Source: Lama guanicoe (taxonomy: Eukaryota). Taken from it: a stretch of 64,000 nt of DNA. Under the pieces are notes generated by a model. The model was not told the origin of the DNA. It saw nothing but the letters and a program-made list of their open reading frames with translations, and did not search any database. The translations under genes and the position numbers were made by a program. The stretch is taken from the NCBI GenBank assembly GCA_013239625.1, contig MU056050.1, positions 1,722,084-1,786,083 on the forward strand, in the 5' to 3' direction. Position 1 is the stretch's first letter. Each line of letters begins with the position of its first letter. Positions 37,926 through 52,249 of the stretch are shown one piece after another.

Positions 37926-40484
37926 TTAGAAAGTGTTTCCTCCACATCTGTTTTTAAAAAGGGAGTTTGAGAAGAAATGGTATTATTAGTTCTTCTTAGT
38001 TTAAGTCTTTTCTTTTTTATTGATCAGACTTGATAGTTTTGTCAATATTGTTGATCATTTGAAAAAAAGGAACTTTCAGTGTTGCTGATTTCTCTTTTGT
38101 TTTTCCTATTCTCAATTTCATTTATTTCTGCTATCATCTTTATTATTTACTTCCTTTTGCTTACTTTGAGTTTATTTTGCTTGTTTTTAATTCCTGAAGT
38201 TGTAAAACTATGTTATTGACTTAATATCTTCTTTATTTTTTAATACAGGTGTTTACAAGAATCAATTTCCTTTTAAAAACTGCTTAAATCACATTCTATA
38301 AGTTTTGGTATGTTGTGTTTTCATTTTCATTCATCTAAAAGTGTTACTCTATTTTCTCTGTTATTTCTTCTTTAACCCTTGGTTATTTATGAGTGTGTTT
38401 TTTTTATTTACACATATCTGTGAATTTACCAAATTTATTTCTTTTGTTGATTTCTACTTTCATTCCATTGTTATTGAAGAACATGATTTATATGAGTTAA
38501 TGCCTTATAAGTATACTGAGACTTGTTTTATGGCCTAAACATATGGTCAGTCTTCAAGAATGTTCCACATGCACTTGAAAACAATGTGAGTTCTGTTCTT
38601 GTTAGGTGGAGTGATCTTTAGGTTTCTGCTTATGTCTGCTTGGTTCAAGTCTTCAATTTGCTTTTGATCTTCTGCCTAGATGTTCCATGCATTATTAAAA
38701 GTGGGATACTGAAGCCCTCAACATTATAAATCACCTATTTCTCCCATCAATTCTGTCTGGTTTTGTTTCATGAATTTGGGGACTTTGTTGTTAGATGCAC
38801 ACGTTTATAATTGTTATATGTTTTTTTTATAATTGTTATATCTTATTGAAGCATTGACACGTTTATCATTCTAAAATATTCCCCTTTATCTCTATTAACT
38901 TTTTTCTAAAGTTCATTTTGTCTATATTAATAGAGTCACTCCAGCTCTCTTCTGGTTAATGTTTTCATGGTATTATCTTTTTCCATCTTTTTACTTTAAT
39001 CTGTTTGTGTTTTTGAATCTAAAGTGTGTCTTTCATAGACAGCATATAGTTGAATCATGTATTTTGCCCATTCTGCCAGTATCTGCCTTTTAATTGAAGT
39101 TTTAATCCATGTTCATTTAATGAATGTGTTTTACTGATGAATTAGGATTTACATTTGCCATTTTGCTACTTGTTTTCTATAAGTCTTGTATTTTATCATC
39201 TTTTATTTCTCTCTTCCTCCATTATTACCATCTTTTGTGATGAATAGATATTTTCTAGTGTGCCATTTGAATTTCCTTCTTCGAATATATATTTTTTTAC
39301 TTTCTTTCTTAGTGGTTGTTTTATACGTATTATAATCAGCATGTTAATAATACCAACCTAGTTCATATTAATACCAAGTTAGTATCAATTGTATACAAAA
39401 ACTTTACTAGTATCCTTTATACTGTTACTCTCATACAAATTAAATCTTTATGTATTGTGTGTCCATCAACACAGATTTACGATTGTTGCTTTATGTAGTT
39501 ATGTTTTAAATTAGAAGAAAAAAGGAGTTCCAAAAAAATCCATTGTATTATCACTTATATTTACCCACATAGTTACCTCTTCTAGTGATCTTTATTTATT
39601 CATGTGGATTTTAGTTTCCCTTGAGGGCCACTTTATTTCAACCTGAAGGACTTACTTTAGTATTTCTTATACGATTGATGTTCTAGACACAGATTCTATA
39701 AGTTTTGTTTACCTGAGAATGTCTTAAATTCTTTTTTTATTTTTAAGGATAGTTTTGCTGAGCTCTTAGTTACAGTTTTTTTTTTCTTTCAGCCCTTTGA
39801 AAATATATCATCCTACTGCCTTCTGGTGTACATGGTTTATAATGAGAAATTAGTTGTTAACTTTATGGAGGGTCCCCTTTATGGAAGGAGTTGCTTCTCT
39901 CTTGAAGCTTTCAGGATTCTCCCTTTGCCTTTGTCTTTTGACAGTATGACTATGATGTGTCCAGGTATGGATCTCTTTGAGTTTATTCTCCTGTAAGCTC
40001 ACTGAAATCCTTGAATGTATAGATTAATGTTTTTCATCACATTTGGGAAGTTTTCAGCCATTTTCCTTCAAATATTCTTTCTCCCCCTTTCATTCTCTCA
40101 TCTCCATTTGGACTTATATTATGCATATTTCAGTATACTTTATAGTGTTCCATAGGTCTCTTATGCACTGTTTATTTTTATTCATTCTTATTTCTTTCTA
40201 TTCCTCAGGTTGGATAACCTACCTCAATTTTCCTGCTTGTACTGTTTTGTCAAAAATGCTGTTGAGATTCTATAGCGAATTTTTTTTTTTATTTCAGCTG
40301 TTGTTACTTTTCAACTCTGGAAATCCTTTTAAGTTCTCTTTATTCCTAATTTATATTTCCTCATTGGTATTCTCTATTTGGTGAGACACTGTTCTCATAT
40401 TTTCCTTTAGTTCTTTAAACAGGATTTCTTATAATTCTTTAAGTATAGTTTAAATTGCTGATTTAAAGTGTTTGTGTAACTAAC

Positions 40485-43084
40485 GTAACCAGAGGAAGAA
40501 GAACAAACAAAACTGAAATTTAGTAGAAGGAAGATCAGAGCAGAAGTGAATGAAATAGAGACTGAAAAAAATAATAGAAAAGATCAATTAAACTAAAGCC
40601 TGGTTCTTTGCAAAGATAAACAAAATTGATAAACCTTTAGCCAGACTCATCAAGAAAAAAAGGGAGAGGGCCCAAATCAATAAAATCAGAAATGAAAAAT
40701 AAGTTAAAACTGACACCACAGAAATACAAAGGATCATGAGAGATTACTATGAACAACTATTTGCCATTAAAATGGACAACCCATAAGAAATGGACAAATT
40801 CCCAGAAAGGTACAATCTCCTAAGACCAGGAAGAAATAGAAAACATGAACAGATCAACTACCAATAATGAAATTGAATCAGTAATTTTAAACCTCCCAAC
40901 AAACAGAAGTCCAGGACCAGATGGCTTTACAGGTGCATTCTACCAAATATTTAGAGAAGAGCTAATGTCTATCCTTCTGAAACTTTTCCAAAAAATTTCT
41001 GAACTCAATCTGTGAGGCCACAGTTACCCTGATACCAAAACCAGATAAAGATATTACAAAAAAAAGAAAGAAAATTACAGGCCAATACCACTGATGAACA
41101 CAGATGCAAAAATACTCAACCAAATACTAGCAAACTAAATCCAACAATACAGTAAAAGAATCAAATACCATGATCTAGTGGGGTTTATCCCAGGGATGCA
41201 AGGATTTTTTAATACCTACATTAACAAGTTGAAGAATAAAAACCATATGGCCACCTCAATAGAAGCAGAAAAAGCTTTTAAAATTCAACATCCATTTATG
41301 ATACCAAAAAAAAAACCCTCTCCAGAGAGTGGGCAAAGAGAGAACACACCTCAACATAATAAAGACCATATATGACAAACCCACATCTGATATCATATTC
41401 AATAGTGAAAAGCTGAAAGCATTTCCTCTAAGATCAGGAACAAGAGAAGGATGATCACTCTTGCCACTTTTATTCAACATAATTTTGGAAGTCCTAGCCA
41501 TAGAAATTACAGAAGACAAACAAATAAAAGGAATCCAATTTTGAAAGGAAGAAGTAAAACTGTCACCATTTGCAGATGACAAGATACTATACATAGGGAA
41601 TCCTAAAGATGCCACCAGAAAATTACTAGAGCTCATCAATGAATTTTGTAAAATTGCAGGATACAAAATTAATGTACAGAAATCTGTTGCATTTCTATAC
41701 ACTAACAACAAAGCATCAGAAAGGGAAATTAAGAAAGCAATCTCATTTGCTATCACATCAAAAATAATAAAATTCCTAGGAATAAACCTACCTAAGGAGG
41801 AAAAGACTTGTACTCCAAAAACTGTAAGACACTGATTAAAGTAATTGAAAAAGACACAAACAAATGGAAAGATAAACTGTGTTCTTGGATTGGAAGAATC
41901 AAGATTGTTAAAATAACCATACTACCCAAGGCAATCTACAGATTCAATGCAATCTCTATCAAAATACCAATGGCATTCACAGAACTGGAACAAATAGTTT
42001 AAAACTTTATATGGAAATACAAAAGACTCTGAATAGCCAAAATAATCTTGAGAAAGACCAGAGTTGGAGGAATCATGTTCCCTGACTTCACACTATACCA
42101 TAAAGCTACAGTAATCGAAACAGCATGGTTCTGGCACAAAAACAGACGCACATACCAATGACAAAGGAGGCAAGAATATACAATAAAGAAAAGACAGTCT
42201 CTTCAATATGTGGTGCTGGCTGGGAAAACCAGACAGATACATGTAAAAGAATGAAATTAGAACATTCTCTAATACTATACAAAAATAAATTCATAATGGA
42301 CTAAAGACCTAAATGTAAGACTGGATTCTATAAAATTCCTGAAGGAAAACATAGACAGAACACTCTTTAACATAAATTGCAGCAATAGTTTTTTAGATCT
42401 GTCTCCTAAAGGAAATAAAAGCAAAAATAAACAAATGGGAACTAATTAAACTCAAAAACTTTTGCACAATAAAGGAAACCATCAAGAAGACAAAAGACAA
42501 CCTGCTGAATGGGAGAAGGCATTTGCAAATGACTTGACTGATAAGGGATTCATATCCAACATATATAAACAGCTCATATAATTCAACAACAACAAAAAAC
42601 CAAACAACCCAATTAAAAAATAGGCAGAAGAACTGAATAAACATTTTTCCAAATAGGAAATACAGATGGCCAACAGGCACATGAAAAGATGCTCAACAAA
42701 ACTAATCATCAGGGAAATGCAAGTCAAAACCATAATGAAGTATTACCTCACACCTGTCAGAATGGCTGTCATTAAAAAGAACACAACAAATATTGGCAAG
42801 GATGTGGAGAAAAGGGAACCCCTGTACAATGTTGGTGGGAATGTAAATTGGTGAAGCCACTGTGGAAAATAGTGTCAGGGTTTCTCAAAAAACTAAAAAC
42901 AAAACTACCATATGACTCAGCCATACCACTCCTGGGTACATATTAAAAACAAAACAAAGCAAAACAAAAAAACACTAATTTGAAAAAATACATGTATCCC
43001 AATATTCATAACAGCATTATTTACAGTTGCCAACATATGGAAACAACAGAAGTGTCCACAAACAGATGAATGGATAAAGATGTG

Positions 43085-43133
<49 letters not shown>

Positions 43134-43525
43134 GGAATACTACGCAGCTATTAAAAGAGAAATTTTGCCATTTGCAGCAACGTGGATGGACTTGGAGGGC
43201 ATTATGCTAAGTGAAATAAGTCATACAGAGAAAGACATACTGGATGACATCACTTATATGTGGAATCTAGAAAATACAACAAACTAGTGAATATAACAAA
43301 AAAGAAGCCAACTCACAGATATAGAGAACAAGCTAGTGGTTACCAGTTGGTGGCAGGGATCAATATTAGAGTGGGGCAGTGGGAGGCACAAACTATTGGG
43401 TGTAAAACAGGCTCAAGGATGTATTGCACAACCCAAGGAATATAGCCAATATTTTGTAGTAACTGTAAATGGAAAGTAACCTTTAAAATTATATTAAAAT
43501 TTTTAAACAATTAAGTAAAAATTTA
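40485..43525 (+). mobile_element. About 3-kb 5'-truncated L1 (ORF2 RT + C-terminus + 3'UTR), disrupted
   Basis: FADD codons at 41569-41580; ORF fragments [24 protein letters not shown]; multiple stops. Confidence 0.95.
43088..43130. repeat. (TG)n microsatellite inside L1
   Basis: Directly visible. Confidence 0.95.
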
Positions 43526-44847
43526 AAAGTATGTAGCAATTTCAAGATCTGGTATAGTTTCTATTGAGTGCTTTCATTCCTGTGTATAGGCTACTCTTTC
43601 TTGTTTCTTTGCATGTCTTGTAATTTTTTGTTGAAAACTGGACATTTTGAATATTATAACATGGCAACTCTAAAAATCAGATTTAGTTCCTTCCCAAGGG
43701 TGTTGATATTGTAGCTGTCATGTTGTTTTTGTTTTATTTTGAATTATCTGAACTAGTTCTGTCAATTCTGTATTCTTTGTCATATGTGGCTACTGATATT
43801 TCTGCCTGGTTAGCTAAGTGGTCAAATCATGATTATATAGAGATTTCCTTAAAAGTCTGGAACTAACGTCTCTTAGTTTTGCTGAGGGACTCTGTGTGCA
43901 CATTTGGGGTTATTTTCAGCACTCAGCCAAGTACTTCCACCTTAGTCTTCACTTTCTGCTTATGCAGACCCTTAAGATTAACCAGAGGTGAAAGATTAGG
44001 GCTGTCTCACTTCTTTCCTTGGCATGTTCACAGCCCTACCATGCTTGTGACCTTCTGGATTCCCAGGAATATGTCAGAGATTTTCAAAGCCTCCTATAGA
44101 TATTTCATTTCTCAACTTTTCCTTTTAAGCTTTTGATTAGCGTATTGTTCAATCCAACTGTTATCCACTGCTCTAGCCAGCCATGACGTTCAAAAATTTC
44201 TTCTGATTATTTTCCACAAACATAGCTGGGTAAAAGACCACTTTCACTGGGAGAGATCTGAGTCAGATCACAAAGTCAGCTTTGTGAGTGGTGTCTTCCA
44301 GGGAACCTCCAGGTAAATGAAGTAATGTCAATTCTTCGGAAATGAGACTCTAATCCCATTATGCTACCTCCACTGACAACTAAGCTGTGATTGCAAGTCA
44401 TTGGTTTCAAGGCTACCACAGAGTCAGAGAGGATGGGATGGCAATAAGGCAAATTAAAATGCAACAAAGCTCATTGTTCTTGTGGAGATTCAGCAATTTT
44501 CTTGAATAAATGCACTCTGAATTACTACATATCTTTGATTAATTTCCAGAGTGTAATAAAAGTTGATTTGGACAATTTTTGTCAAAGTTCTTATTGATTT
44601 TGTGAAGAAAAGAATTTTTGGAGGTCCTCACTCTCCTACTTTTGCTGACATCACTCAAGATTCAGAGATATTAGAAACACCTATCACTGATAGAGCTATA
44701 CGCACCTCTGTAAAGCCCCACTGAGTTTTACTTTTATTGTGCTCTCAGGCCCTGTAAGTCCTTGTGTGTATTCTCAGTCATGCCAGCTAGCAAAGCTAGA
44801 GGTAATAGCTTGATTTTCTTAATGTTATATGTTTTGTTAACTGAAAG

Positions 44848-45117
44848 GCCAATGATTAGATGTAGCTAAAGACAGAAAGAAGACTGGTGAAAATAAAGTA
44901 ACAGGTATCTGAGTACCTCTGGAGTCTACAAAAGTAGGCATCTATACATTTGAATGTTCCCCAAAGCACCTGCTGCCAATAGTCATCCATCATAAAAGTT
45001 ATCAGAGGAAAGGATAAGAAATCTACATGGACCCTGTTGATAACAGAGAATGATAGACAAATATATTGACAAAATAATTTTGCTATCTCTCCCTTCGAAC
45101 ATTTAGAATGATTAACG
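44848..45117 (+). pseudogene. Candidate relic exon: lever arm / IQ-like region
   Basis: Joins in phase to the converter exon (IRG|Q*LDVAKDRKK; compare FRAGQVAYLEKLRADK). Degenerate IQ-like pieces RLVKIK*QVSEYL and IVIHHKSYQRK. Confidence 0.4.
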
Positions 45118-46085
45118 GTATTCATATGTGCATCCTTTCTCTGAACTTCTGCAAAGTGGTGTAACTACGAACATTCTTTTAGCAGATGATCTATAGCTAG
45201 TTGAGGGCTCAAAATCTTAGTAAGCCAATGCATAATACAGTCCTCTTGGCCACTGATTTTCTTTCTCCCTTTCTTTCTCTCTTTCCTTCCCCCAGGTTCT
45301 TGTTTGATAGCTGGGAAGCTGCAATGATATTGAGTAAACTGAACACCCCTACCCTACCAGTTGAAGTAATCTTAAAATACCCACAAATGGTATATCACCA
45401 CAAAATGCTGCTTGAACTAAATCTCCCAGCTCACTTCCTACTCAGAAAGAGTAGTGGGAAGAAAACATTAATAAGAATATATCTCAGTTATCACCTATTC
45501 AATATTTCTGCCTACAAATACAAGGAATTTTATAGGGTAATGTTTATAACAGTGAACAACTGATAATTTCATCCTAGGTGGTCCCAATTAACAAGAATAT
45601 TTTGGACAATCATTTGCTTGTATTTAATAAGATGTCAGCCTTTACTCATGCCATTTGAAAGCCATGAATAAGTGATAATGTTACACATTTCAGAGGGAGA
45701 ACCTATGCTCCAGTAAAACTTTCTTATCACATATAATAAAGAATTTAACTTAATCTAAGAAATTATTTTCCTTTTCATTTGACATACAGACAGAACCTAG
45801 GTTAAAGTACTTTCTAATTGCCTTTATTTATTTATTTTTTGCTTAGAGATATTAGATGCTGTTTGTTTTATAATTATTTTCATTAATGACTCTGTTATTT
45901 TTCAATTTACTCATTTGGAGGCTGAAACAGGAAAGAGAATGCTAGCAAGTTAAAAGAATAGAGTCAAGTGATTTTAATCGACAACATGGACACTTATAAG
46001 TAAACTATCCGGAGTTGACTGTACTTGAAATGTCCTTATAAAAAGCCACTACTTTGAATAGCTCTTGATTTTCTCTTTAAACAAG

Positions 46086-46340
46086 AGAGAATTTCAAGAA
46101 GGGGCTCGAGGAGATTGGAAGAGAAATGTGTGCTGACAGATGGGTGAGCCTTCCAGTGCTCTGCTGCCAGGTAAAATGAGTCCACTGGAGTTGCAATCCG
46201 TTTCTTCCACAGCTGCGAGGCGGCTGGAGGCACATTTCACTACTTGTTAGTGCAGACCCAGTCCATTTGGAAACTGTCACGGGAAATAACAATTTGACGT
46301 TTAATAATTCATTCGTTGCTAAAGCCAATATTTTGGAATG
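46086..46340 (+). pseudogene. Candidate relic tail exon, CpG-retaining
   Basis: ttttctctttaaacaAG ... ATG|GTATGT; one frame has a single stop in about 85 codons (ENFKKGLEEIGREM...NSFVAKANILEW). Confidence 0.4.
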
Positions 46341-47084
46341 GTATGTGAGGCATCTCGCATTTAATAGCAAGAGCTTGAGCTATTGCTGGCAAGGTCATAA
46401 CAACTTACTGGTTTTTGAGGCTTGGAATTTAATAGTACAAAAAAAAAAGATGGTTCTTTATATATACATGACAACTCATGGAAAATTTTGCTCTTTTAGT
46501 TCTGTAAAAAGGTGAAAACTTCCTTTTAAGAATTAACAATGTGTTAGTGAAAATGCACAGAGTTTATGGACTACTTCTTTTCTTCAGCATACTTGTAGAA
46601 AGTATGAGCATACATGTAGAAAGGGTGAAAATTACTCACGTGATGAAGACTGGACAAGAGGGGGGTAATTAAAATATTCACTGTGCCAAGGGCTTTATAT
46701 GTATTATATCATTTAATCTTCAAAACAAACTTGTGATATTGGTATTACTTCCATTTCACAGGTAAATAAAATGAGGTTGGAAAAACACCAATTTGGTTGC
46801 AAAAGATGACACATTAGTGAATTAACTGGATTCAAAGACAGGTTTGCTTAATTCCAAAGCCTGTACAACTTTCATTATATCATGCTATTTTCCCAAACAT
46901 TGTAGGCTTATATTATCCAAGATTAATTATCATTGAGAAAGTTTTGATGATTAAAAAAAGAATACATTTCAAAAAGGATAAAAGAGAAGAATATCACGTC
47001 AGCCCCTTATGAATGTATTCTTGTCTGTTACTGCTTTATACCAGTTAAAAAGAAAATAAAAAACCTTAAACAGCACACTGTGTG

Positions 47085-47370
47085 AGCTAGAATTCTCCAA
47101 ATTTTGGTCCATACAACATTGGAACTGAGGGATTTTTTTCAAGGATGATTGTATGACAAAAGGGTTAAATTAGTTTGGCAAGATGCTGAGTTAAACAAAG
47201 TTAAGTAGATTTCTTCTATTTAACTTTAAACTTTCCTAAGCTTTTAAATGTTAATATGCATGGCAAAGTTCCAAGAGGCATTATGGAAACACAGGTTCCT
47301 AAATGTATCTTGCCACAGGAACTCACTTTACCAAATTCCTTCCACAGAACAGCAGCTTGAGAAATATTCT
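47085..47370. mobile_element. hAT-Charlie MITE relic (MER112-like)
   Basis: tgctgagttaaacaaagttaa...gttaatatgca; degenerate inverted ends. Confidence 0.55.
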
Positions 47371-47623
47371 TCTCTGTTGTTTCAGTGATTAACACCTAGG
47401 ATTAAGGAAGAGAAGCAGGCTTGCTAAAAAAGAGGGGCAAGTGTTCGATCTCCTGGGAGCCAAGGAGATGTCTCCAAAAATGGAAGAGATCAGGGAGTCT
47501 AGAGCTCCCTCTAACTAACTGTCTACTGTATAATTTTGCTTAGGGTTGACTGCACTTGAAGAAGTAAGAAGGAAGCAGCACTTCTGAGGTCTGATCACCC
47601 AACACACAGTTTTATTTTTCTAG

Positions 47624-49089
47624 ACTAATATGTGATGGCTAGCTCCAAATTGAGGTAGTGAATTTGTTTCCAAGGCTATTTCAATGGGACCAGTGACAGC
47701 TCAATAGCAATGTTTCCTATTGGTTTAGCATGTGACAAGAGCAACTAATAACTAAATGCAAGTGGCCAAGCCACAGAGAGTGCTGATAGCATTATGCCAA
47801 CATGGACCAAAATGAATGAGTGTAGCCACCATTCTCTTACCAGTATCAACCTTATGTATAGAGTAGATGGTTATTCAAATGTCAGGATTTGAGCCATCGT
47901 GCCCCCAAATATCTTCTCCCTCATACTTCCCCAAGATCATAGTCCCTATGATTCTTCCACTGAAGATCTATTCTTTGGGTTAAGTATTGCCCCTCTAGAT
48001 ATCCATTTACAAATTAAAATAATTTCAGAAGAGTAACATATGAAATTCCTTATCACAATTTATCAGATACTTTTCTGTGATAAGATGAATGGGGTCCCAC
48101 ATATGGTGTTGGGCTGCACCCCAAAGGCCTGCGAGGCCTGTAATTTCCCAGCTTCAGGACTGAAGAAAGAGCCCAGAGTCAGTGACAGAGACAGCAATGC
48201 TTTCATGGATAGCGGGAAATCTATCTTACACGTCTGAAGCAAAGTCCTGGAGAGACTAACTACCTACCTCTCTATTTGACCATAGCCACTGAGCCAAATA
48301 AAAAATCAACAAAACAAAACAAACGAAAAGCACCTCCCTCTGCCCCTTTTTTTCCCCTTCTCAAATAGCCAGCAACTTCTATCGCTATGGAGAGAAAAAT
48401 CAGACCAGCAATCATGACACTCTGGTGCCAAGACCAATGTAGAAGGAGACATGAATCACAATGTCGATAAAAGTTCTGTCATAACTATCACTTGGAAAAG
48501 CCTTTCAAATACATATTTGGGGAGAGAATTAAGATCTATGGCATAAGTAAGGGCTAAAATATTTGACACTATGTATAAAGGTAATAAAGTTTTCCAAGGA
48601 AGAAGAAATGAGTATGGACTGAAACCATAAGGGAAATTTACTGCAAGAGGGAAGAACTGAGCTGATATTTTTCCTCCCCAAAACCAGAATGAGGTAGAGG
48701 AGCGATAGTTGTTTCATAGGATCAAGCAGAGTTAGCAAATTGGTTTCATCTCTTGTGCTAATTCCAAAAAATAGATAGTGGCTGCTGGCTGCCTAGAGCA
48801 CTGTGTTGAGAAGGATGCTGAAAACTGCTTCCAGGCTTGGCATAAAAGAGTGCCATGGTCAATTAAGTGATACCTGCCATGGGCTACAACCATCTTATCT
48901 GGGTATGGAAGCAAAAGCTCTCCAAGGACAATTTTGAGCTGATACTGATCAAACATCTGAACCCCACCTGCGCTAACATAAATCAATAGAATATATTCTC
49001 CACCACTGGGAAATTCTAATTTCCTACATTTACAGAATTTTGAATGGGGAATCTCCATAACCATCTCTCAGCATTACTTCTTTTAATAG
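47624..49089 (+). pseudogene. Candidate large relic tail exon, interrupted by an LTR fragment
   Basis: ttttatttttctAG ... AG|GTAGGC; stop-poor frame FQGYFNGTSDSS...APLDIHLQIKIISEE; no domain recognised. Confidence 0.35.
48090..48290 (-). mobile_element. ERV LTR fragment
   Basis: GC-richer block ctgtaatttcccagcttcaggactgaagaaagagcccagagtcagtgacagagac resembling antisense LTR U5/R. Confidence 0.45.
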
Positions 49090-50449
49090 GTAGGCAGGTG
49101 CCACTTTGCAACATGGAAATTTTTAATTTTCAGTTTAGTTGAGTTCAAGCCAGGTTTAATGGTTTAAAAAATAATTAACATGGGCTCAGATGAAAAAAAA
49201 TTATGTATGCAGTGAGAATGTTAAAACACAGCCTGCTTAAATGTCTGAGAACTAAAAGGATCTACCTCCATTTGGTGCCAATTTCTGGCTCCACACCAGA
49301 TGGGCCTACTAATGGCTGTGGTTCTGTGGGTTCTAAGAGGAACTGGAGGCAGAAAAGTTTCATCTTAATGCTTCTCCTCACTACCCTCAGCATGGACCTT
49401 CTTGTAATTACATCTTCTCAAAAATCAAAGAACTGCAAGTCTTTTTCAGTATATCCTTGGTATTTATGAATTTAAAATTATATTTAAATATATTATGTTG
49501 AGTGAGTTTTGCTTTAATCCCCAACAAATTGTCATGTTTCCCTTTAAGAGGACACTTTGTATTCTGTTGTCATAGCAACAAAATGTGCTAGTAGGCTGAA
49601 AAACTGACATTTCTCCCTGATTTTTATTATTCATGATGCAAGCACTGTTCCCCCATCACCTCCATCAGCACTAAAGGGTCTCTCCATTTAAATGTAAATT
49701 GACCATAAAAAGATAAAAGCCTCCAATTTTACTGGCCATGAAAGGTGTCTGTCTTTGCCATGCTTTTTTTTTTTCCTTTCTTCTGTGCTTCTGATTCAAT
49801 ACTTCCATAAAGGAGACGCTTTTTAAAAGTTGAAAGGACATTTTCCATTCTACCAAAATGTAGAACCTTTCTTATGCACATAATAGGTCAAAAGAGAGAG
49901 GAAATTGTTCTTAACAACAGAGGGTATAACCCTCGCTAACATTTATACACATAAATTTACACTCTTCAAAGTATTTGCACAAACATCTTAACCAGCTGTC
50001 TCTCCTGAACTCTAAACATGCTCAAATTGCAGTGCCTTCCCAACAGTCTTCAAAACAAAGACACACACAACCAGCCTAATTCTGGTTTAGAAATGAAACA
50101 TTCACACTTTCTTCAGGAGGAATATATAAACAGGTGGTTTTCTATGCATATAGGTCTTTGTGACACCAGAGAAGGTAGGCTTCCCTTTAACCTTGTCAAA
50201 CCACTCTTTCTTCAGACAATCTGTTCAGCACATTTCCTTCTTTCCAGAATATGGGATCCAACCCATTCTACAGTTGAATGTTACGAAACTGTGGAAGCTA
50301 ATACATTCAGTGAACCTCGCTTCCTTTGTTCATTTCTATTTTTAGATTTTTTTAAGTAAACAAAGAATAAACCTTTTACTTTTCAGTGTTTATGGAAACT
50401 AATGGAGAGGGCTGAGAATTTGATCTGAACAGAAATGTATATTTATTGA

Positions 50450-50855
50450 CGATTAAGTGAAGTAAGCCAGAAAGAGAAAAATGCCATATGATATCACTCA
50501 TATGCGGAATCTAAAAAAAGAAAAAAAAGAAAAAAGAGGACACTAATGAACTCATCTACAAAACAGAAACAGACTTGCAGACATAGTAAACAATCTCATG
50601 GCTACTAGGGGAAAGGGGGTGGGAAGGGATAAATTTGGGCATTTGAGATTTGCAAATGTTAGCCACTATATATAAAAATAGATAAAAAACAAATTTCTTC
50701 TGTATAGCACAGGGAATTATATTCAGTATTTGTAATAACCTTTAATGAAAAATATGAAAATGAATATACATATATATATGCATGAGTGGGGACATTATGC
50801 TGTACACCAGAAATTGACACATTGTAACTGATTATGCCTCAAGAAAATTTTTTTT
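50450..50855 (+). mobile_element. Young lineage-specific L1 3' end with TSD
   Basis: TSD aaatgtatatttattga (50433-50449) / aaatgtatagttattga (50856-50872). Confidence 0.9.
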
Positions 50856-52249
50856 AAATGTATAGTTATTGAAAGATTAAATCATTGTATGAACTTGAAG
50901 AATGTTTTCTTGAAAGCTTTGGAAAATTTTTCCAAGGTTAACCCCAACTCCAAGCCATTAGAATTCTGAAGCACTTTCATTATCAGTAGAGTGATCCTAC
51001 AAATAGAAGGCTGTGGATAGGGAACAGAAATTGCCCTCATTTCTCCTAATTAGGGTGAAGACTTATCTAAATTCACAGACACACATTCTGCCTTAATAAG
51101 TAGAGTTTTAAAAAAAATACTGTTTTTTCTTTCTTTTTTTTGTTGTTGTTTGTTATTGTTAATGCTTGTGTAGGACCTCAAATTTTATACTGGGAGCATC
51201 AACTATTATTCTAATTGGCAAGATGGTGTGGCAATATAGTTAGATACTCTAGCAATAAAATCAGACACACCTAGGTTTGAGTCCTTGCTTTGCTACTCAG
51301 TAGCCATGTGATACTGGGAAGATAAAATATCTCTGGGCTTTAGTTTCCTCACCAGTAAAACATATCTTATATCAGTGTTAATTTCTTCTTAAATTACCAT
51401 TAAATTATCTTACTAAATAAGATAATATCTGGCATATAGTGTTTACTGGATGTTAGCTAATTTCATTACTATAGGAACAGTAGCCAAGCATGGGTATCCC
51501 CTGGAAAACTGCCATTTCCATCAAGTCCTTGATATGAGTTTGTTTATTGATATTTTCCCCCTTGATTTCCTCAAAAAATGGGGATAGAGAGACCATTATG
51601 GAGCAACCAAATCATCAAATCTGCCAGTGAATGACCCCACAACCACAGTCGTTTTATAGAATCAAAAGTAGGTGAGCACTTAAGAGTCACCTAGTTAAAA
51701 ACTATTCCAGATACATATGATAATCTTTTTTTCTTTTCCTTCCTGAGAGCAGTGCCTTTCCAGCTGACTCACTGCTCTATCAGCAGAGCCTGATAAAAAG
51801 TAGATGCTCAACAAACTAGTTGAATATATGCAGTTATCTTGATCTTAAAAATTACCAATAAATAATTGTATATTCAAGCAGCTCTTTCTTGGACCTAATT
51901 GGAAACCCTCTGGCTAGTATTTAAGACAATTTCCTTTTTTCTCCTCTTTGATGATGAAGAACCACTGATCTCCATGATTGTTTTAATAATCTTTAACAGC
52001 CAAAATTTAATCACAGAATTATGGGCATCAGATTTGAAAATGGTATTAGAATTTACTAGTCTGAAGAATTCATTTTAAAGATGAGTTTAAAGTTTAAAAA
52101 TAACATCAACAACAACCAGCTAAGCTGTCATGAGATTTGACATGTCAAAGGTCAAGAAGTTAATGAATGGTGGACTCGGCCTGGAATACAAGCCTCTTGG
52201 CTACCAATCCATCCCATGAAGTACTGGCTCTGTGACAGACATTATTAGT

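Larger units (their letters stand above)
37930..44655 (-). mobile_element. Old L1 (ORF2 5' part, ORF1, 5' region) split by a younger L1
   Basis: T-rich antisense L1 at 37930-40480, resuming at about 43525. Confidence 0.75.

Noticed and set aside
41256..41756. 166-aa minus-strand ORF
   Set aside because: Antisense frame of the L1 ORF2 RT region, not a gene.
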